Assembly (NCBI GenBank): GCA_951406725.2
Contig: OX597839.1
Coordinates: forward strand, 5,766,001-5,830,000
Length of the DNA stretch: 64,000 nt
Origin: Octopus vulgaris
Taxonomy: Eukaryota
Reading direction: 5' to 3'
Shown: piece by piece, positions 25,381-39,150 of the stretch
How the letters are laid out: each line of letters opens with the position of its first letter
Position numbering within the stretch: the stretch's first letter is position 1
The notes under the pieces: generated by a model
The model's input: only the letters and a program-made list of their open reading frames with translations
Database searches by the model: none
What the model was told of the DNA's origin: nothing
Translations under genes and position numbers: made by a program

Positions 25381-25598
25381 TTCAATGAACACAAAAACGG
25401 CAGCCGCCTAGCGCAGGCGAAATTGTCTCAGAGTTGGACACAACCTACTGAAATAATAATTGGCACGCAATAAATTATGCCCAACTCACAATAAACAAAA
25501 TCACTTACCTCGACAACTTTCCGTTTTTGGTCTTTTTCTTTAGTTGGACTCACGTCCACTCTAGCTCAACAAGAAGCAACCGACTAACTGCGCATGTC
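23367..25598 (-). mobile_element. apparently complete ORF1-only (HAL1-like) L1/Tx1-type non-LTR element
   Basis: TSD TGGTTAGCAA(A)GCTACTT at 23350-23366 and 25599-25616; 5' CAGTTAGTC..GGACGTG; 3' AATAAA; no ORF2. Confidence 0.8.
23664..24905 (-). pseudogene. LINE ORF1 (RRM-like region plus CCHC zinc knuckle), about 410 aa, two frameshifts
   Basis: Three frames: MAMKNNKVLEW.., AWICGLPPDIEPEWI.., YPVMLEGRPPKCHRCLESGHIKKNC (CX2CX4HX4C), then basic KKKKKRKK. Confidence 0.82.
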
Positions 25599-25835
25599 TG
25601 GTTAGCAAAGCTACTTACCACACAGCCACTCCTGCGCCTCTATTCTTTAATTATAAAGATTATCTCCGGCTCTGGATGATTTATTGTAATTACGAAAAGG
25701 CAATTAAGATTAACTTTATCTGAGAAGGAGAGACGATCTCAAAAATTAAGAATTTCTCCAAAGCTAACAAGCGAGTAAAGAAATATGGACAAGCTTACTG
25801 TCTGCAGATAGGACAACAGCTTTTCTGGAGACGTT

Positions 25836-26277
25836 GTTGTATTTAGGTTGGTCATTTTTGCCAGTTTAACCAATAAAAACACACGCACTATATATCTGGT
25901 GTTACCTTGCTTCAGCGTTATTCATTTTTTACATTAATCTTAATCTTATTTCGGCCAGAGTTCTTTCGTCACACTGCTGTTACCTCATCAGTGGTCCTTT
26001 GCTTTCTTCTTGCTTATTTGTGTGTCTCTCCTTACCAACGGTCAGCCATTTTGCAAAGGACCACTGATGAGGTCACAGGAGAGTGACGAAAGAACTCTGG
26101 CCGAAATGAGATTAAGATTAATGTGAAAAAATGAATAACGCTGAAGCAAAGTAACACTAAATATATAGTGCGTGTGTTTTTACTGGCTAAACTGGCAAAA
26201 TGACCATTCCTAAATACAACAATATATGTTTCAACAGACGATTTCACATCAAACATCATGCAAAACAAATATATAAA
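25836..26277 (+). mobile_element. non-coding miniature of the 10841-13703 PLE family, inverted arms, 15-bp TSD
   Basis: Homologous to 13430-13700; TSD TTTTCTGGAGACGTT at 25821-25835 and 26278-26292; CTGATGA..GAAA at 26064-26106. Confidence 0.9.
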
Positions 26278-26431
26278 TTTTCTGGAGACGTTTCTGGTTC
26301 AATAGCCATCGTTACCAAGATAATCGTTCAACCATATCTCCATTAACCAAAGAACTTAGGCTTATTCAGAAAAGAGTAGAAAACATTTATGGTTTCGGTT
26401 CTTTCCACAATTTAAACGAAAATGCTCTGTG

Positions 26432-26833
26432 TGGCTGTGTGGTAAGTAGCTTGCTTACGAACCACATGGTTCCGGGTTCAGTCCCACTGCGTGGCACCTT
26501 GGGCAAGTTTACTTGTACTTGTAGCGACATTCATCCTCGGCGGGTTGAGTCGGCTTCTTCCACCACCCTCGAGGCATAATTCATGGAAGATGTTTCGTGG
26601 GAATATGTGGATTTCACAAGCAGTCCCTAACAATCCCGCATGTAGTGACATCCTGTTTGCCGCAGGTTGTCCGCAGACGCAGGGACAGAACGACCGACGA
26701 GCCGCCGGTTGCCGAAACAGACAGTCCGAGGATTTCCGAGGACGCTTGGGCAAGTGTCTCCTGCTATAGCCTCGGGCCAACCAAAGCTTTGTGAGTGGAT
26801 TTGGTAGACGGAAACTGAAAGAAGCCCGTCGTA

Positions 26834-26929
<96 letters not shown>

Positions 26930-27140
26930 TTGTGTGTCTGTATTTGTCCCCCCAACATCGCTTGACAACCGATGCAGGTGTGTTTACGTCCCCGTAACTT
27001 AGCGGTTCGGCAAAAGAGACCGATACAATAAGTACTAGGCTTACAAAAAATAAGTCCTGGGGTCCATTTGCTCGACTAAAAGGCGGTGCTCCAGCATGGC
27101 CATAGTCAAATGACTGAAACAAGTAAAAGAGTTAAAGAGT
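26432..27140 (+). mobile_element. SINE family B interrupted by an insertion at 26509-26744
   Basis: Complete head, (TA)(TG) middle and tail. Confidence 0.9.
26509..26744 (-). mobile_element. 5'-truncated non-autonomous RTE-derived element, 11-bp TSD
   Basis: TSD CTTGGGCAAGT at 26498-26508 and 26745-26755; (ACAAGT)n tail; homologous to 56876-57090. Confidence 0.85.
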
Positions 27141-27402
27141 AATATGCAATCGTCAAGAAGCTCATACCGCTAATACGAACCTGTGCTGTTTTGAACGACC
27201 GATAGCATCTAAACTCACTTTCGCATTACATTCGGTAGAACACTCATTTATATATAACTTATTTAAGTCTAGCTTAAAATGACTGTCCTTCCTTTTTAAG
27301 TCAGTTGGCCGTGATGAAAGATACATCTTGTGGCTATTTCTAAAATCTCAGTTTCGTATTAATTCACATTTTTCTCTCTGTTGAAATTACTCTCTTTCAC
27401 AG

Positions 27403-27436
<34 letters not shown>

Positions 27437-27663
27437 GTCTTTCTTGTCACTCTCTCTCATTCTCTACTACTCTCCTCCCCTCTGTTTCTCACTCTCTTCC
27501 CCCTTCTAGTCTCTTACCATGGTCATTTTCTCTGTCCCTCTTTCTCTCTTTCTACCCTCTCTGTCTTTCTATCCTACTTCTCTCTCCTATATTTCTCTCT
27601 CACTATCTATCTATCTAGCTAGCAATCTATCTATCTTTCTATCTGTCCATCTATCTATCTGTG

Positions 27664-27707
<44 letters not shown>

Positions 27708-27863
27708 CATATATATATATATATATATATATCGCATTTTCTATCTCACTCCCATCTAAATTTCAGTTCTACTTTCACTTTCCTACCATTAACTTGCCTT
27801 CTATCTTTTTCTCTTTCTCCCTCTCTCTCATTATATATATATATATACTCCCTCTCATTCCCT

Positions 27864-27946
<83 letters not shown>

Positions 27947-28297
27947 TACTACCATAATTCTGGTGACACTAAGTCTATAAGATATCACATGTACAGTGTG
28001 ATATGCCCAAGCTATCGAACATCGGGCGTTTGATTTATTCACCTCGTCTCTTCTGTTTTGCTTCTTCATTACCGTGTATTAAGTGTGATGCGAGAGGTTG
28101 TGTGTTATGTACGAGAAAGCACACGATATATATAATCACGTGTGTGTATGTGTGTGTATAAGGCCTATATGTTTGTGTGCTTGCTATGACGTATGCCTTT
28201 GTGTGGAAAGGAAAAGGAACAGAATGTGTGCGCATGTGTAAGTATGCATTGTGTGTAAAGACACAATGTCCAGTTTTGATTATCATGTCTCAATAAG

Positions 28298-28328
<31 letters not shown>

Positions 28329-28518
28329 TCACTATTGAATGTGTATGTGCGTATGTACGTGTATGTGTTTATGTATATATATATATCCGTGTAGGTATAC
28401 GTGTGTACATGTGTGGGTGTATGTCTGCCTGCGGTGTATGTGTGTATGTATACATAGATGGTGGTGGATCTCCGTCTTTTTCGGCAATGGAGGTTTGTTT
28501 CACATATTTCTTTGTGTG

Positions 28519-28675
28519 TGGCTGTGTTGTGAGATGTTTGTTTCCCAAACACGTGGTTCCGGGTTCAGTCCTGCGGCATGGCACCTCGCCTTTGGCAAAT
28601 GTTTCCGGGCCAATCCAAGCCTTGTGAGTAGATTTGGTAGACGGAAACTGAAGGAGTGTGTGTGTATGTGTGTGA

Positions 28676-28719
<44 letters not shown>

Positions 28720-28990
28720 GCATACACATATATACTCACACATACGACAGGATTATTTCAGTATGTGGGTGTGTATGTGCATTTTTGTGTCTGTGTTTGT
28801 CCACTACTACCGCTACACAACCGGTGTTAGTGTGTTTACATCCTATAACATAACGGTTCAGCAAAGAGTCTAATAGAATAAGTACGAGGCTTAAAAAACA
28901 TAAGTACTAGGGCTGATTGGTTCGACTAAAATTCTCCAAGAACTATGCCTCCACACGATCGCAGTCAAATGACTGAAACAAATAGAAGAT
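28519..28990 (+). mobile_element. SINE family B, old diverged copy
   Basis: Head and tail motifs recognisable (GCAGTCAAATGACTGAAACAA). Confidence 0.75.
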
Positions 28991-29515
28991 AAACACACAC
29001 ACACACACACATGCGTATATATACGTGTGTGTGTGTGTGTTGTGTGGTAGTAGAACACCCCCATTTGGTTGGATCCTAATGGACTGTGCCACAATATAAA
29101 TGGACAGTGTGACGGAGAGTCAGTGAGCTGTGTAAAGTCGAGAGTTGCGTATTGTCGTGTGTAATTACAGGTATTGTGTATCTTGAGTAGAACGATTTGC
29201 GAGGACGTTATCATTCTGTTATATCGTTCGTCGAACGGCTGAGTATTCCACAGACGAATCAAACCTTAACGTAATTCTCAGATAAAATCAATATTACGAA
29301 GTAAGTAACAACTCTGTATTTTGTGAATAACCAGTGCAGTCTACCCGTCGGGTTTTTATACAGATTACTTCGACCTGACTTCATTTATGATAGAGATCGA
29401 CTCGAGTTTAGAGAAAATGACACATAGCGAGTCCGATCTCGAGATCTTGTGGTGGCTATGTGTACTTTACCATCATACAATACTGAACCTACAATTTCAC
29501 ACACGCATGCATACG

Positions 29516-29574
<59 letters not shown>

Positions 29575-29577
<3 letters not shown>

Positions 29578-29865
29578 ACACTTCAATTCTCACAATGTTA
29601 AGGTCAGTTACACCTGCTTAGACAACATCACTTCAAACCTCGCATGCACATACAAATTCAATTTCCAATCTACTTTCCAGCTTGTAACTTCCAAAATTCT
29701 GTCAGCCTCCCACTGGGAGGTTACTGCCTCTCAAAGGTTGTATTTTATAGAGTCACCCTCACACAACCTGGTAGCATCACAAAACACTACACGGGCATGA
29801 CAGACAGTGATGTTTTAAAGGAATGTATACAAAGTATATACACTCCTTCAGGTATCGGGTTATAG
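29575..29865 (+). pseudogene. decayed PLE linker plus GIY-YIG fragment (second PLE lineage)
   Basis: KHFNSHNVKVSYTC.., frameshift, ACNFQNSVSLPLGGYCLSKVVFY..HYTGMT; resembles the recalled PLE pattern KIFNRNTVKVSYSC..CNC..CPLxGxCL..VVY..YIG. Confidence 0.72.
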
Positions 29866-29924
29866 AAAATTCCACCTCCTCTCACACACGTACACCGCGT
29901 ACACAAGAAGACGCAGCACACGTT

Positions 29925-29977
29925 CCGATGAAGCTATAAAGTGCTACTCAGGCACTCAAATTGCAGAAACGGGGTTT
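29925..29977 (+). ncRNA. hammerhead-like relic downstream of the PLE fragment
   Basis: CCGATGA-AGC..AGTGC/GCACT..GCA-GAAAC-GGG-GTT; stem I poor. Confidence 0.45.
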
Positions 29978-30429
29978 AAACTAATGAAGCTGATAATATA
30001 ATAGTTTACTCCGTTGTCATATCACACACACAGAAATTTTAAAAATATGACCAACATCGCATCTGTTATTACTTCAACTGGAATATAAGTGATGATGTGC
30101 TGTACGAGAAAAATTATGATGCAGAACCGTTTTTGTGACAACACTGACAATTTACCTCTAATGATGGTTAGAGGCACACTCAAGAAAATATCAACATTAA
30201 AATATATATAAATGCTATACGGATATTTTAACACAGGATTTGTTAACCGAAAGATATTTATGTAAACCATGGTACACATTTAACAATAAAAAAAACCTTT
30301 TCGTGGGAGCCATAAATATTTTTTTTAAAATATGCTTTGCAAGTCTGTATATCAAATAGATTTGAGAGGAGGCGTTCTTGATGCGCTTCTCAAAGAATAT
30401 GAATGATAAATCTATGAATAATAATTTGA

Positions 30430-30880
30430 TGATGATGGTGGTGATGATGAGGATGACTACGAAGATGTCGATGAGGCGGAGGAGCAGAATGGTGGTGGTG
30501 GTGGTGGTGGTGGTTGTGGTGGTTGTAGTGGTGGTGATGAGGATGACGACTTTTATGACGATGAGGCGGGGGAAGAATGGCGGTGATGATGAGGCGGAGG
30601 AGTAGCATGGTGGAGGTGGTAGTGGTGGTGGTGGTGGTGGTGGTGGTGATGATGAGGACGACTTTTATGACGATGAGGCGGGGGAAGAATGGCGGTGATG
30701 ATGAGGCGGAGGAGTAGCATGGTGGAGGTGGTAGTGGTGGTGGTGGTGGTGGTGGTGGTGATGATGAGGACGACTTTTATGACGATGAGGCGGGGGAGGA
30801 ATGATGGTGATGATGATAATGACTGTGATGAGGATGAGGTGGTGGTAATGAGGATGATGACGGTGAGGAGGAGGAGCAGA
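30430..30880. repeat. GTG/GAT-rich tandem repeat of about 110-bp units
   Basis: GACGACTTTTATGACGATGAGGCGGGG recurs near 30546, 30657 and 30770. Confidence 0.85.
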
Positions 30881-30889
30881 TGGTGTGGG

Positions 30890-31605
30890 TACACACACAT
30901 TCATACACACTGCATACACACACACTGCGTACACACACATCGCGTACACACACAAACACAGACACACCACGTATACACACATTCAGTACGTACACACACA
31001 CACACGCACACACACGCACACGCCGCATACACACACGTATTGCATGTGCATACACACCACGTATGCACACACACATACACGTACACCGCGTACACACAGA
31101 CACACACCACACGTTCACATACACACACACACCACGCATACACACACATACACGTACACCGCGTACACACATGGAGACGCAGCACACGTTCACACACACA
31201 CACACACATACCACGTATACACGCACACACATACACGTACATCGCGTACACACAAGGAGACTTACCACGCGTTCACACACACACACACACACACACACTA
31301 CGTATACACACATACATACACGTACACCGCGTACACACAAAGAGACGCACCACGCGTTTTCACACACACACACACACCACGTATACACACACACATACAC
31401 GTACACCACGTATACACGAGACGCACCACAGGTTCATACACACACAAACACACACACACCACGTATATACACACACACACATACACGTACACCGCGTACA
31501 CACAAGGAAACTCACCACGCGTTCACACACACAGACATACGCACACTGCGTACACACACAGACACTACATCCACACACGCCCCCCCACACACACACACAC
31601 GCACA
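30890..31605. repeat. compound CA-rich minisatellite, about 60-bp unit
   Basis: Recurrent CATACACGTACACCGCGTACACACA..GAGAC..CCACGCGTTCACAC. Confidence 0.85.
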
Positions 31606-32291
31606 AAGGAAATGAATACAAACACGCATGTACGTAAGCATCTCTGTGCGTTTATGTATATACATGTTAAGTGCGTGGGTGCGAGTATAAGTAACTGTAT
31701 GTACGAGAATGAGAGGAAAAGGAAGAGAGATTGATAGAGAGAGAGAGAGAGATTAAAGTGAGAGACAGACAGTAAAAGACGAACACAAAGAGTCATAGCA
31801 GGAAAGAGATTAAGAAGAGGAGAGCGATGGGAAAGGGAGACAATTATACGAGGCGATATATAAATCTACAGGAAATGGATATTTGTCACGTTAGAATATT
31901 GGGTAGGGGTAAATTCTGTGATAGATTAAGGGGTAAATATATAATTTGTGAACATACCATCAATAACTGATTGACAGGCAGTGTATAGAATTCTGTATAT
32001 ATAGATACACTCACCCTACCTTACTTTTCATAAAGCTATAATGAAAAGGTAAGTTATATGCAGCTATGCTATAAATTTATATATATTGAATGTTTGAAAT
32101 AAATATATATGAATGTATACAAATACGTGACCACAGGCACATGCGTGTGTGTGTGTGGGTGTGTTTTTGTGTGTGTGTGTGTGTGTGCTTGAAACCAGGG
32201 AGTAAGTCAATGGATTATATATGTGGATGGATAGATAGACAGATAAAGAGATGAATAGACAAAAATGTAGAGAGATAGCTAGCTAGCTAGC

Positions 32292-32371
<80 letters not shown>

Positions 32372-32430
32372 AAGATAGATGGGTATGTAGGTAAGTAGGT
32401 AGGTAGGCAGGTAGGTAGGTAGGTAGAAAA

Positions 32431-32492
<62 letters not shown>

Positions 32493-32689
32493 GGATGGGT
32501 AGATAGATAGATAGATAGATAGAAACGTAGATACACACAAACATGTAATATTTGGTTTGACGTGTTTGTGTAGGAGTGTGAAAATATATGGTCAACTTGT
32601 ATGAATATGCATTTACACATAGAAGTATGTATATCAAATATATACATACATAAATGCATATATATGTGTGTGTATGTATATATATATAT

Positions 32690-32855
32690 AAGGAGAGTTT
32701 ACAAAAAGACGAAGACAGGTGGTGTACAAAACAATCAGATGTATTTGTATAACGCTCAGGAATAGAAAAGATCCTTTAGGTTTCGAGCCTACGCTCTTCT
32801 ACAGAAAGGGACACAGAAAAAGCAAGGAGAGAAAAAAAGGAGAGAAAAAAGGAGA
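32690..32855 (-). mobile_element. second copy of the CTGTAGA-core HHR mini-element (HHR 32773-32809)
   Basis: Closely similar to 16579-16755; stem III mutated (GAAACCTA). Confidence 0.8.
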
Positions 32856-32893
32856 TATATATATATATGTATGCATGAATGTATATATATATG

Positions 32894-32947
<54 letters not shown>

Positions 32948-32969
32948 TAGATGTATTTTCATTTATACA

Positions 32970-33150
32970 CACAAGGGCTGCACAAAAGTTCCTTGCCTTT
33001 GGGTAACAGAAAATAAAGGGATATCAATTAATTATGATTTTATTGAACATATTCCCCCTCTCAGATTCACATACTTATTTCAGCGGTCGTTCAACTTACC
33101 TAAGCCCCGGGAAAGGACACTGAAGGTTCGGTTGCAATCAAGGCCTTTCA
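32970..33150 (-). mobile_element. mariner-like transposase C-terminus plus terminal repeat relic
   Basis: Minus strand translates LGKLNDR*NKYVNLRG-EYVQ (mariner KLxxRWxKCxxxxGxYV), followed by TIR-like AAGGGCTGCACAAAAGTTCC. Confidence 0.65.
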
Positions 33151-33193
33151 GCACGCGAGCGCGCGCGTCTGTGTGTCTGGATGTATATTTGTG

Positions 33194-33232
<39 letters not shown>

Positions 33233-33348
33233 TGACAGATGGCGATACACAGAAACAAAAGTGGAAGAACATATTTAAAATATTTTCTAAACAAGTGGTT
33301 CTTGCCTCATTTGTTAATAACATTACCCGCTTTGCTTACATATTCTTA

Positions 33349-33401
<53 letters not shown>

Positions 33402-33545
33402 TGTATATATATATATATATATGTATATAAATATATATATATAAGTATATGTATATAAATATATATATATATGTATATAAACATATATATATGTATATAA
33501 ATATATATATATATGTATGTATATAAATATATATATATATGTATG

Positions 33546-33610
<65 letters not shown>

Positions 33611-34010
33611 ATAAATATATATATATGTATGTATATAAATATATATATATATATGTATCTATAAAATATATATATATATGTATGTATATAAATATATATA
33701 TATATATGTATGTATGTATGTATGTATATAAATATATATATATATATATATATGTATATAAATATATATATGTATATAAAAATATATATTTATATGTATA
33801 TATATATATGATGTCTGTATATATGTACGTGCATGTGTGTGTATGTATATGAATGTGTATGTACCTGTATATGTGTGTAGATGCGTATGTTTGTATATGT
33901 ATACATATATGTGTGTATATACATCTATACAAAATGTACATATAAGCTTGTATATACATATATATACACGTACATTTGTGTATATATACATATTTATATA
34001 CATACACACG

Positions 34011-34046
<36 letters not shown>

Positions 34047-34436
34047 GATCTGTATGCATATATGTAGCCATACACACACATGCACATACATTTTTATACA
34101 TACAAACATACAACCAACTATGTGTGTGATGTGTGTGTCAAGTACCGGTTGTCCGTAAAAATCTTTTAATCTAAGAATTGGCAAGAATTCCAGAGGTCGC
34201 CTTTGTCTGAGTGTTTACTGACAATATTTCAGTTTGGCGAAAGAATAGTCTAGAACAGAATTGGACGAAAGATATTGAGAAGAACGAAAATAAGAATAAC
34301 GACCGTTTTGATATCCTTGGTTTTTATTGTTTTGTTCTGAGGTCACAAAACCAGACTCGCCCGGTTTTGCTCTTTTTTTTGTTTTTGTTTTTTTTGGGCG
34401 GGGGGGTTCTTTTGTGTTCTATATGCATTGTATATA

Positions 34437-34848
34437 GGCGCAGGAGTGGCTGTGTGGTAAGTAGCTTGCTAACCAACCACATGGTTCTGGGTTCAGTCCC
34501 ACTGCGTGGCATCTTGGACAAGTGTCTTCTGCTATAGCCCCGGGCCGACCAATGCCTTGTGAGTGGATTTGGTAGACGGAAACTGAAAGAAGCCTGTCGT
34601 ATGTATGTATATATATATAAGTGTGTGTGTGTATATGTTTGTGTGTCTGTGTTTGTCCCCCTAGCATTGCTTGACAACCGATGCTGGTGTGTTTACGTCC
34701 CCGTCACTTAGCGGTTCGACAAAAGAGACCGATAGAATAAGTACTGGGCTTACAAAGAATAAGTCCCGGGGTCGATTTGCTCGACTAAAGGCGGTGCTCC
34801 AGCATGGCCGCAGTCAAATGACTGAAACAAGTAAAAGAGTAAAGAGTA
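34437..34848 (+). mobile_element. full-length SINE family B (reference copy)
   Basis: A-box-like TGGCTGTGTGG, B-box-like GGTTCAGTCC, internal (TA)(TG), tail ..GAAACAAGTAAAAGAGTAAAGAGTA. Confidence 0.92.
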
Positions 34849-35209
34849 TATTCTGGAATGGCTATATGCTTAAAAAGCTGCCTTTGCAACCAAACGTATT
34901 CGGGTTCTGTCCTTACTGCGCAACACTTTTAGTAAGTCGTCTTTTGACCGTAATCCCAAAAACCAGGTGATCCAGAATGGCCCGTGTCTCAACAGTGAAA
35001 TCGATGAATGAATTTTAAAGAAATGAAAAATAGATATTTGGTATAATAAGATGCACTCAGATTTGGCTAAAGTTTTCTGCAATTCTAATGAGAGGAAATG
35101 CTAAAAAAAAAGTATTTTTTATGAATTTGTGAGCTTTTATACGTGGGTATTCTTCTAATCTTTGATTTGTTTCAGTATTTCAACAAATATTTATATATGT
35201 ATTGTATAC

Positions 35210-35867
35210 ATGTATACATACATACATACATACATACATACATACATACATACATACATACATAAGTACGTACGTACATACATACATGCATACGTACGTA
35301 CGTACATACATACATACATACGTACATACATACATACGTACATACATACATACGTACATACATACATACGTACATACATACATACATACGTACATACATA
35401 TACATACATACATACGTACGTACATACATACATACGTACATACATACGTACGTACGTACATACATACATACATACATACATACATACATACATACATACA
35501 TACATACATACATACATACATACATACATACATACATACGTACGTACATACGTACATACATACATACATACGTACATACATATATACATACATACGTACG
35601 TACATACATACATACATACATACATACGTACGTACGTACATACATACATACATACATACATACATACATAAATACATACATACGTACGTACGTACATACA
35701 TACATAAGTACGAACGTACATACATACATACGTACGTACGTACGTACGTACATACATACATACATACATACATACAACGTACGTACGTACGTACGTACAT
35801 ACATACATACGTACATACATACATACATACGTACATACATACATACATACATACATACGTACGTACA

Positions 35868-35901
<34 letters not shown>

Positions 35902-35910
35902 CATACGTAC

Positions 35911-35941
<31 letters not shown>

Positions 35942-36095
35942 CATACATACATACATACATACATACATACGTACATACATACATACGTACATACATACGT
36001 ACATACATACGTACATACATACATACATACATACATACATACATACATACGTACATACATACATACATACATACATACATACATACGTACATACA
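35210..36095. repeat. (ACAT)n/(ACGT)n tetranucleotide array
   Basis: Seen directly. Confidence 0.95.
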
Positions 36096-36852
36096 TGTGG
36101 GTGAGTGTGTGTGCATGTATATGTATACATACATGTAAAAAAATATATATTTGAATGTGTATGTTCATCTGTTTGTGTGTGTAGAGGTGGTGATTCTAGG
36201 CCTGTGCAAAGTATATACATACGCGTATGACTGTGCTAGATCTTTTTCCTGTGTATGTTGTGTGCGTACGTGTGTGAGCGCGCTTCCATATTTTTTCTTT
36301 GTCTATATAAAGTTTAATGCGCAGTCTTATCTCCACTTCTGCCCTCTGCCCTACCATCCTCTAAAACCCACGCAATATTACAGCATAAACTCCGCTCTAA
36401 TACAATCTTAATATCACATTATGATGTTATATATAATAAATATTACAGTCGTTTTCCTTTTTAATCCGTTCATATATTTTCTCTGGATTTGTTGATTCTC
36501 TTCGTTATCAAAAACATTCAGAAACATCTATCTCTACTTGAATCCTTGTCGCAATGTGCACAATACCAGGGTTTCAGCCAATCAGAAATCAGCTGGTACT
36601 AATAAGCAGAAAATGTCCTGTTTCTCGGTGTATGTTATGTTAGGCAATGCAATGTTATGCATAAGGATAGCAATACAAGGGTGTGGGTTTTGTGTTCGAG
36701 CCCTTGGCACAGCATATTACTCACGCGACGTTCTAATACCCTTGGGAAGTGCAAAGCTTATTAAGTAAAATTTGTTATAAAATTTAGGCAGGAACTTAGT
36801 GTAGTTTTCTCATATATTTATCTGTATATATATGTATGTATATGTGTATATA

Positions 36853-36925
<73 letters not shown>

Positions 36926-37021
36926 GTGTATGTGCGTGTATATATACATATATATGTGTGCGTGCACAGATATATATACACACATGTATAAGTATGCATA
37001 TCTATATATATAGAGAAAAAC

Positions 37022-37071
<50 letters not shown>

Positions 37072-37075
<4 letters not shown>

Positions 37076-37470
37076 CCAAAGCGTACGTACGCCGCTATAT
37101 GTTTTATATATAAAAAATACAAAGTGGGACAAGAACGCAAAACATCCAGACATTTAGGTGAAACAAAAAAAGGTACTTCGGCCGCCGCCCGTGCAATATC
37201 TATATTCCTCCCTGTGCCTGTGAAATCTTGTATCCCTGCCGTAAGTCTTTACTTCCTCGCACGCCAGCTTAATTTAATTCGTCCTAAGTCGAAAGACAAC
37301 TGTTGTTATGTCCTGTTATTTGTATTTGTGTAACATTCTCCGTTTTCGTCGTCCTTGTTTTCGTACACATTCGCTGCTTTCCTCCATGGAATCTAATGCT
37401 CTTAGTTCTTCTTTAGGGATGGCGAGATTAGAGCAATCTCGAGTATAAGCAACCGAAATTGACAAAAAGA
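37072..37470. repeat. fragments of an unclassified dispersed family shared with 43685-43810
   Basis: AAATACAAAGTGGGACAAGAACGCAAAACAT is the near reverse complement of 43771-43801; CA(A/G)CCGAAATTG shared. Confidence 0.6.
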
Positions 37471-37484
37471 CAGATAGATAGATG

Positions 37485-37549
<65 letters not shown>

Positions 37550-37590
37550 GTAGGTAGGTATAGATAGATAGATAGATAGAACGGTGGATG

Positions 37591-37647
<57 letters not shown>

Positions 37648-37671
37648 GTAGGTAGGTAGGTAGGTAGGTAT

Positions 37672-37740
<69 letters not shown>

Positions 37741-38012
37741 CAGATTAATAGAACGATGGATGGATAGAGTGGATGACTAGATTGAAGGATAGATAGATCG
37801 ATGGCTAGGATAGATGGATGGATGGATGGATGGATGGATAAGTACAACGGGCTTCCACAAGACTTTCCAAAGCAAGGCCATGGAAGTCAGCCCATGTGGT
37901 TTGTCAGAATCCATGCATTGGAGTCGATTTCATTATAGGAAACTCTGAAGGTCAAGCTAAGTGGGTGTTCCATATGATGCTCATAGAAGTGCAATATATT
38001 TCTCTTGCTTTA

Positions 38013-38620
38013 GGTTACGAGTTGGCAGAATTGTTAGCACGCCAAACGAAATGTTTAGCAGTATATCGTCTGTCGCTACGTTCTGAGTTCAAATTCCGCC
38101 CAGAGCGACTTTGCCTTTCATCCTTTCGGGGTTGATTAAATAAGTACCAGTTACGCCCTGGGGTTGATATAATCGACTTAATCCGTGTGTCTGTTCTTGT
38201 TTGTTCCCTCTGTGTTTAGCTTTTTGTGAGTAGTAAAGAAATAGGTATTTCGTCTGTCTTCAAGTTCTGAGTTCAAGTTCCCTCGAGGTCGACTTTACCT
38301 TTCATCCTTTCAGAGTCGATAGATTAAGTACCAGTGAAATACTGGGGTGGATGTAATTGACTAGTCCGTTTCTCTGTCCTTGTTTATCCCCTCTATGTTT
38401 ATCCCCTTGTGTGCAATAAAGAAATAAAAATCGTTAGCACGCCGAACAAAATGCTTCGTGGCATTTCCTCCGTATTTGCGTTTCTCAGTTCAAATTCCGC
38501 CGAGGCTGACTTTATCTTTCAGCCTTTCGGGGTCGTTAAAATACGTACCAGTTGTACAATGGGGTCGATGAAATCGACTAATATCATTCTCAGCAATTGC
38601 TGGCTCTGTGCAAAAATTTG
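38013..38620 (+). mobile_element. multimeric SINE family C
   Basis: Three bodies; junction AAAGAAATAGGTATTTCGTCTG is the same as in 1066-1663. Confidence 0.82.
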
Positions 38621-38649
38621 AAACCAATACAGCTCCCTTTCTTTACCCC

Positions 38650-39150
38650 CCTCTCACTCTCTCTCTCTCTCTCGCTTCCTTTCTCTCTCTCTACTCTTCT
38701 TCCTCTTTTTCTCGCTTACTCTCTCTCTCTCTACTCTTCTTCCTCTTTCTCTCTCACTTCCTCTCTCTCTATTCTTCTTCCTCTTTGTCTCTCACTTCCT
38801 CTCTCTCTACTCTTCTTCCTCTTTTTCTAGTTTACTCTCTCCCTCTCTACTCTTCTTCCTCTTTTTCTCGCTTACTCTCTCTCTCTCTCTCTCCTCTTTT
38901 TCTCACTTACTCTCTCTCTATTCTTCCTCTCTCTCTCTCCTCTTCTCTCTCACTTCCTATCTCTCTATTCTTCCTCTCTCTCTCTCTCTATTCTTCCTCT
39001 CTCTCTCTATTCTTCCTATCTCTCTATTCTTCTTCCCCTCTCTCTCTCTCACTCTTTCTCAATTCCTCTCTCTCTCTATCCTTCTTCCTCTCTCTCCCAC
39101 TCTTTCTCGCTTCCCCTCTGTCTACTCTTCTTCCTCTCTTTCTCTTTTCT
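38650..39150. repeat. polypyrimidine minisatellite, about 35-bp unit
   Basis: CTCTACTCTTCTTCCTCTTTTTCTCGCTTACT recurs. Confidence 0.85.

Larger units (their letters stand above)
23140..25640 (-). mobile_element. SINE family B split by a 2.2-kb insertion (SINE parts 23140-23366 and 25599-25640)
   Basis: Head resumes at CTACTTACCACACAGCCACTCCTGCGCC. Confidence 0.85.
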
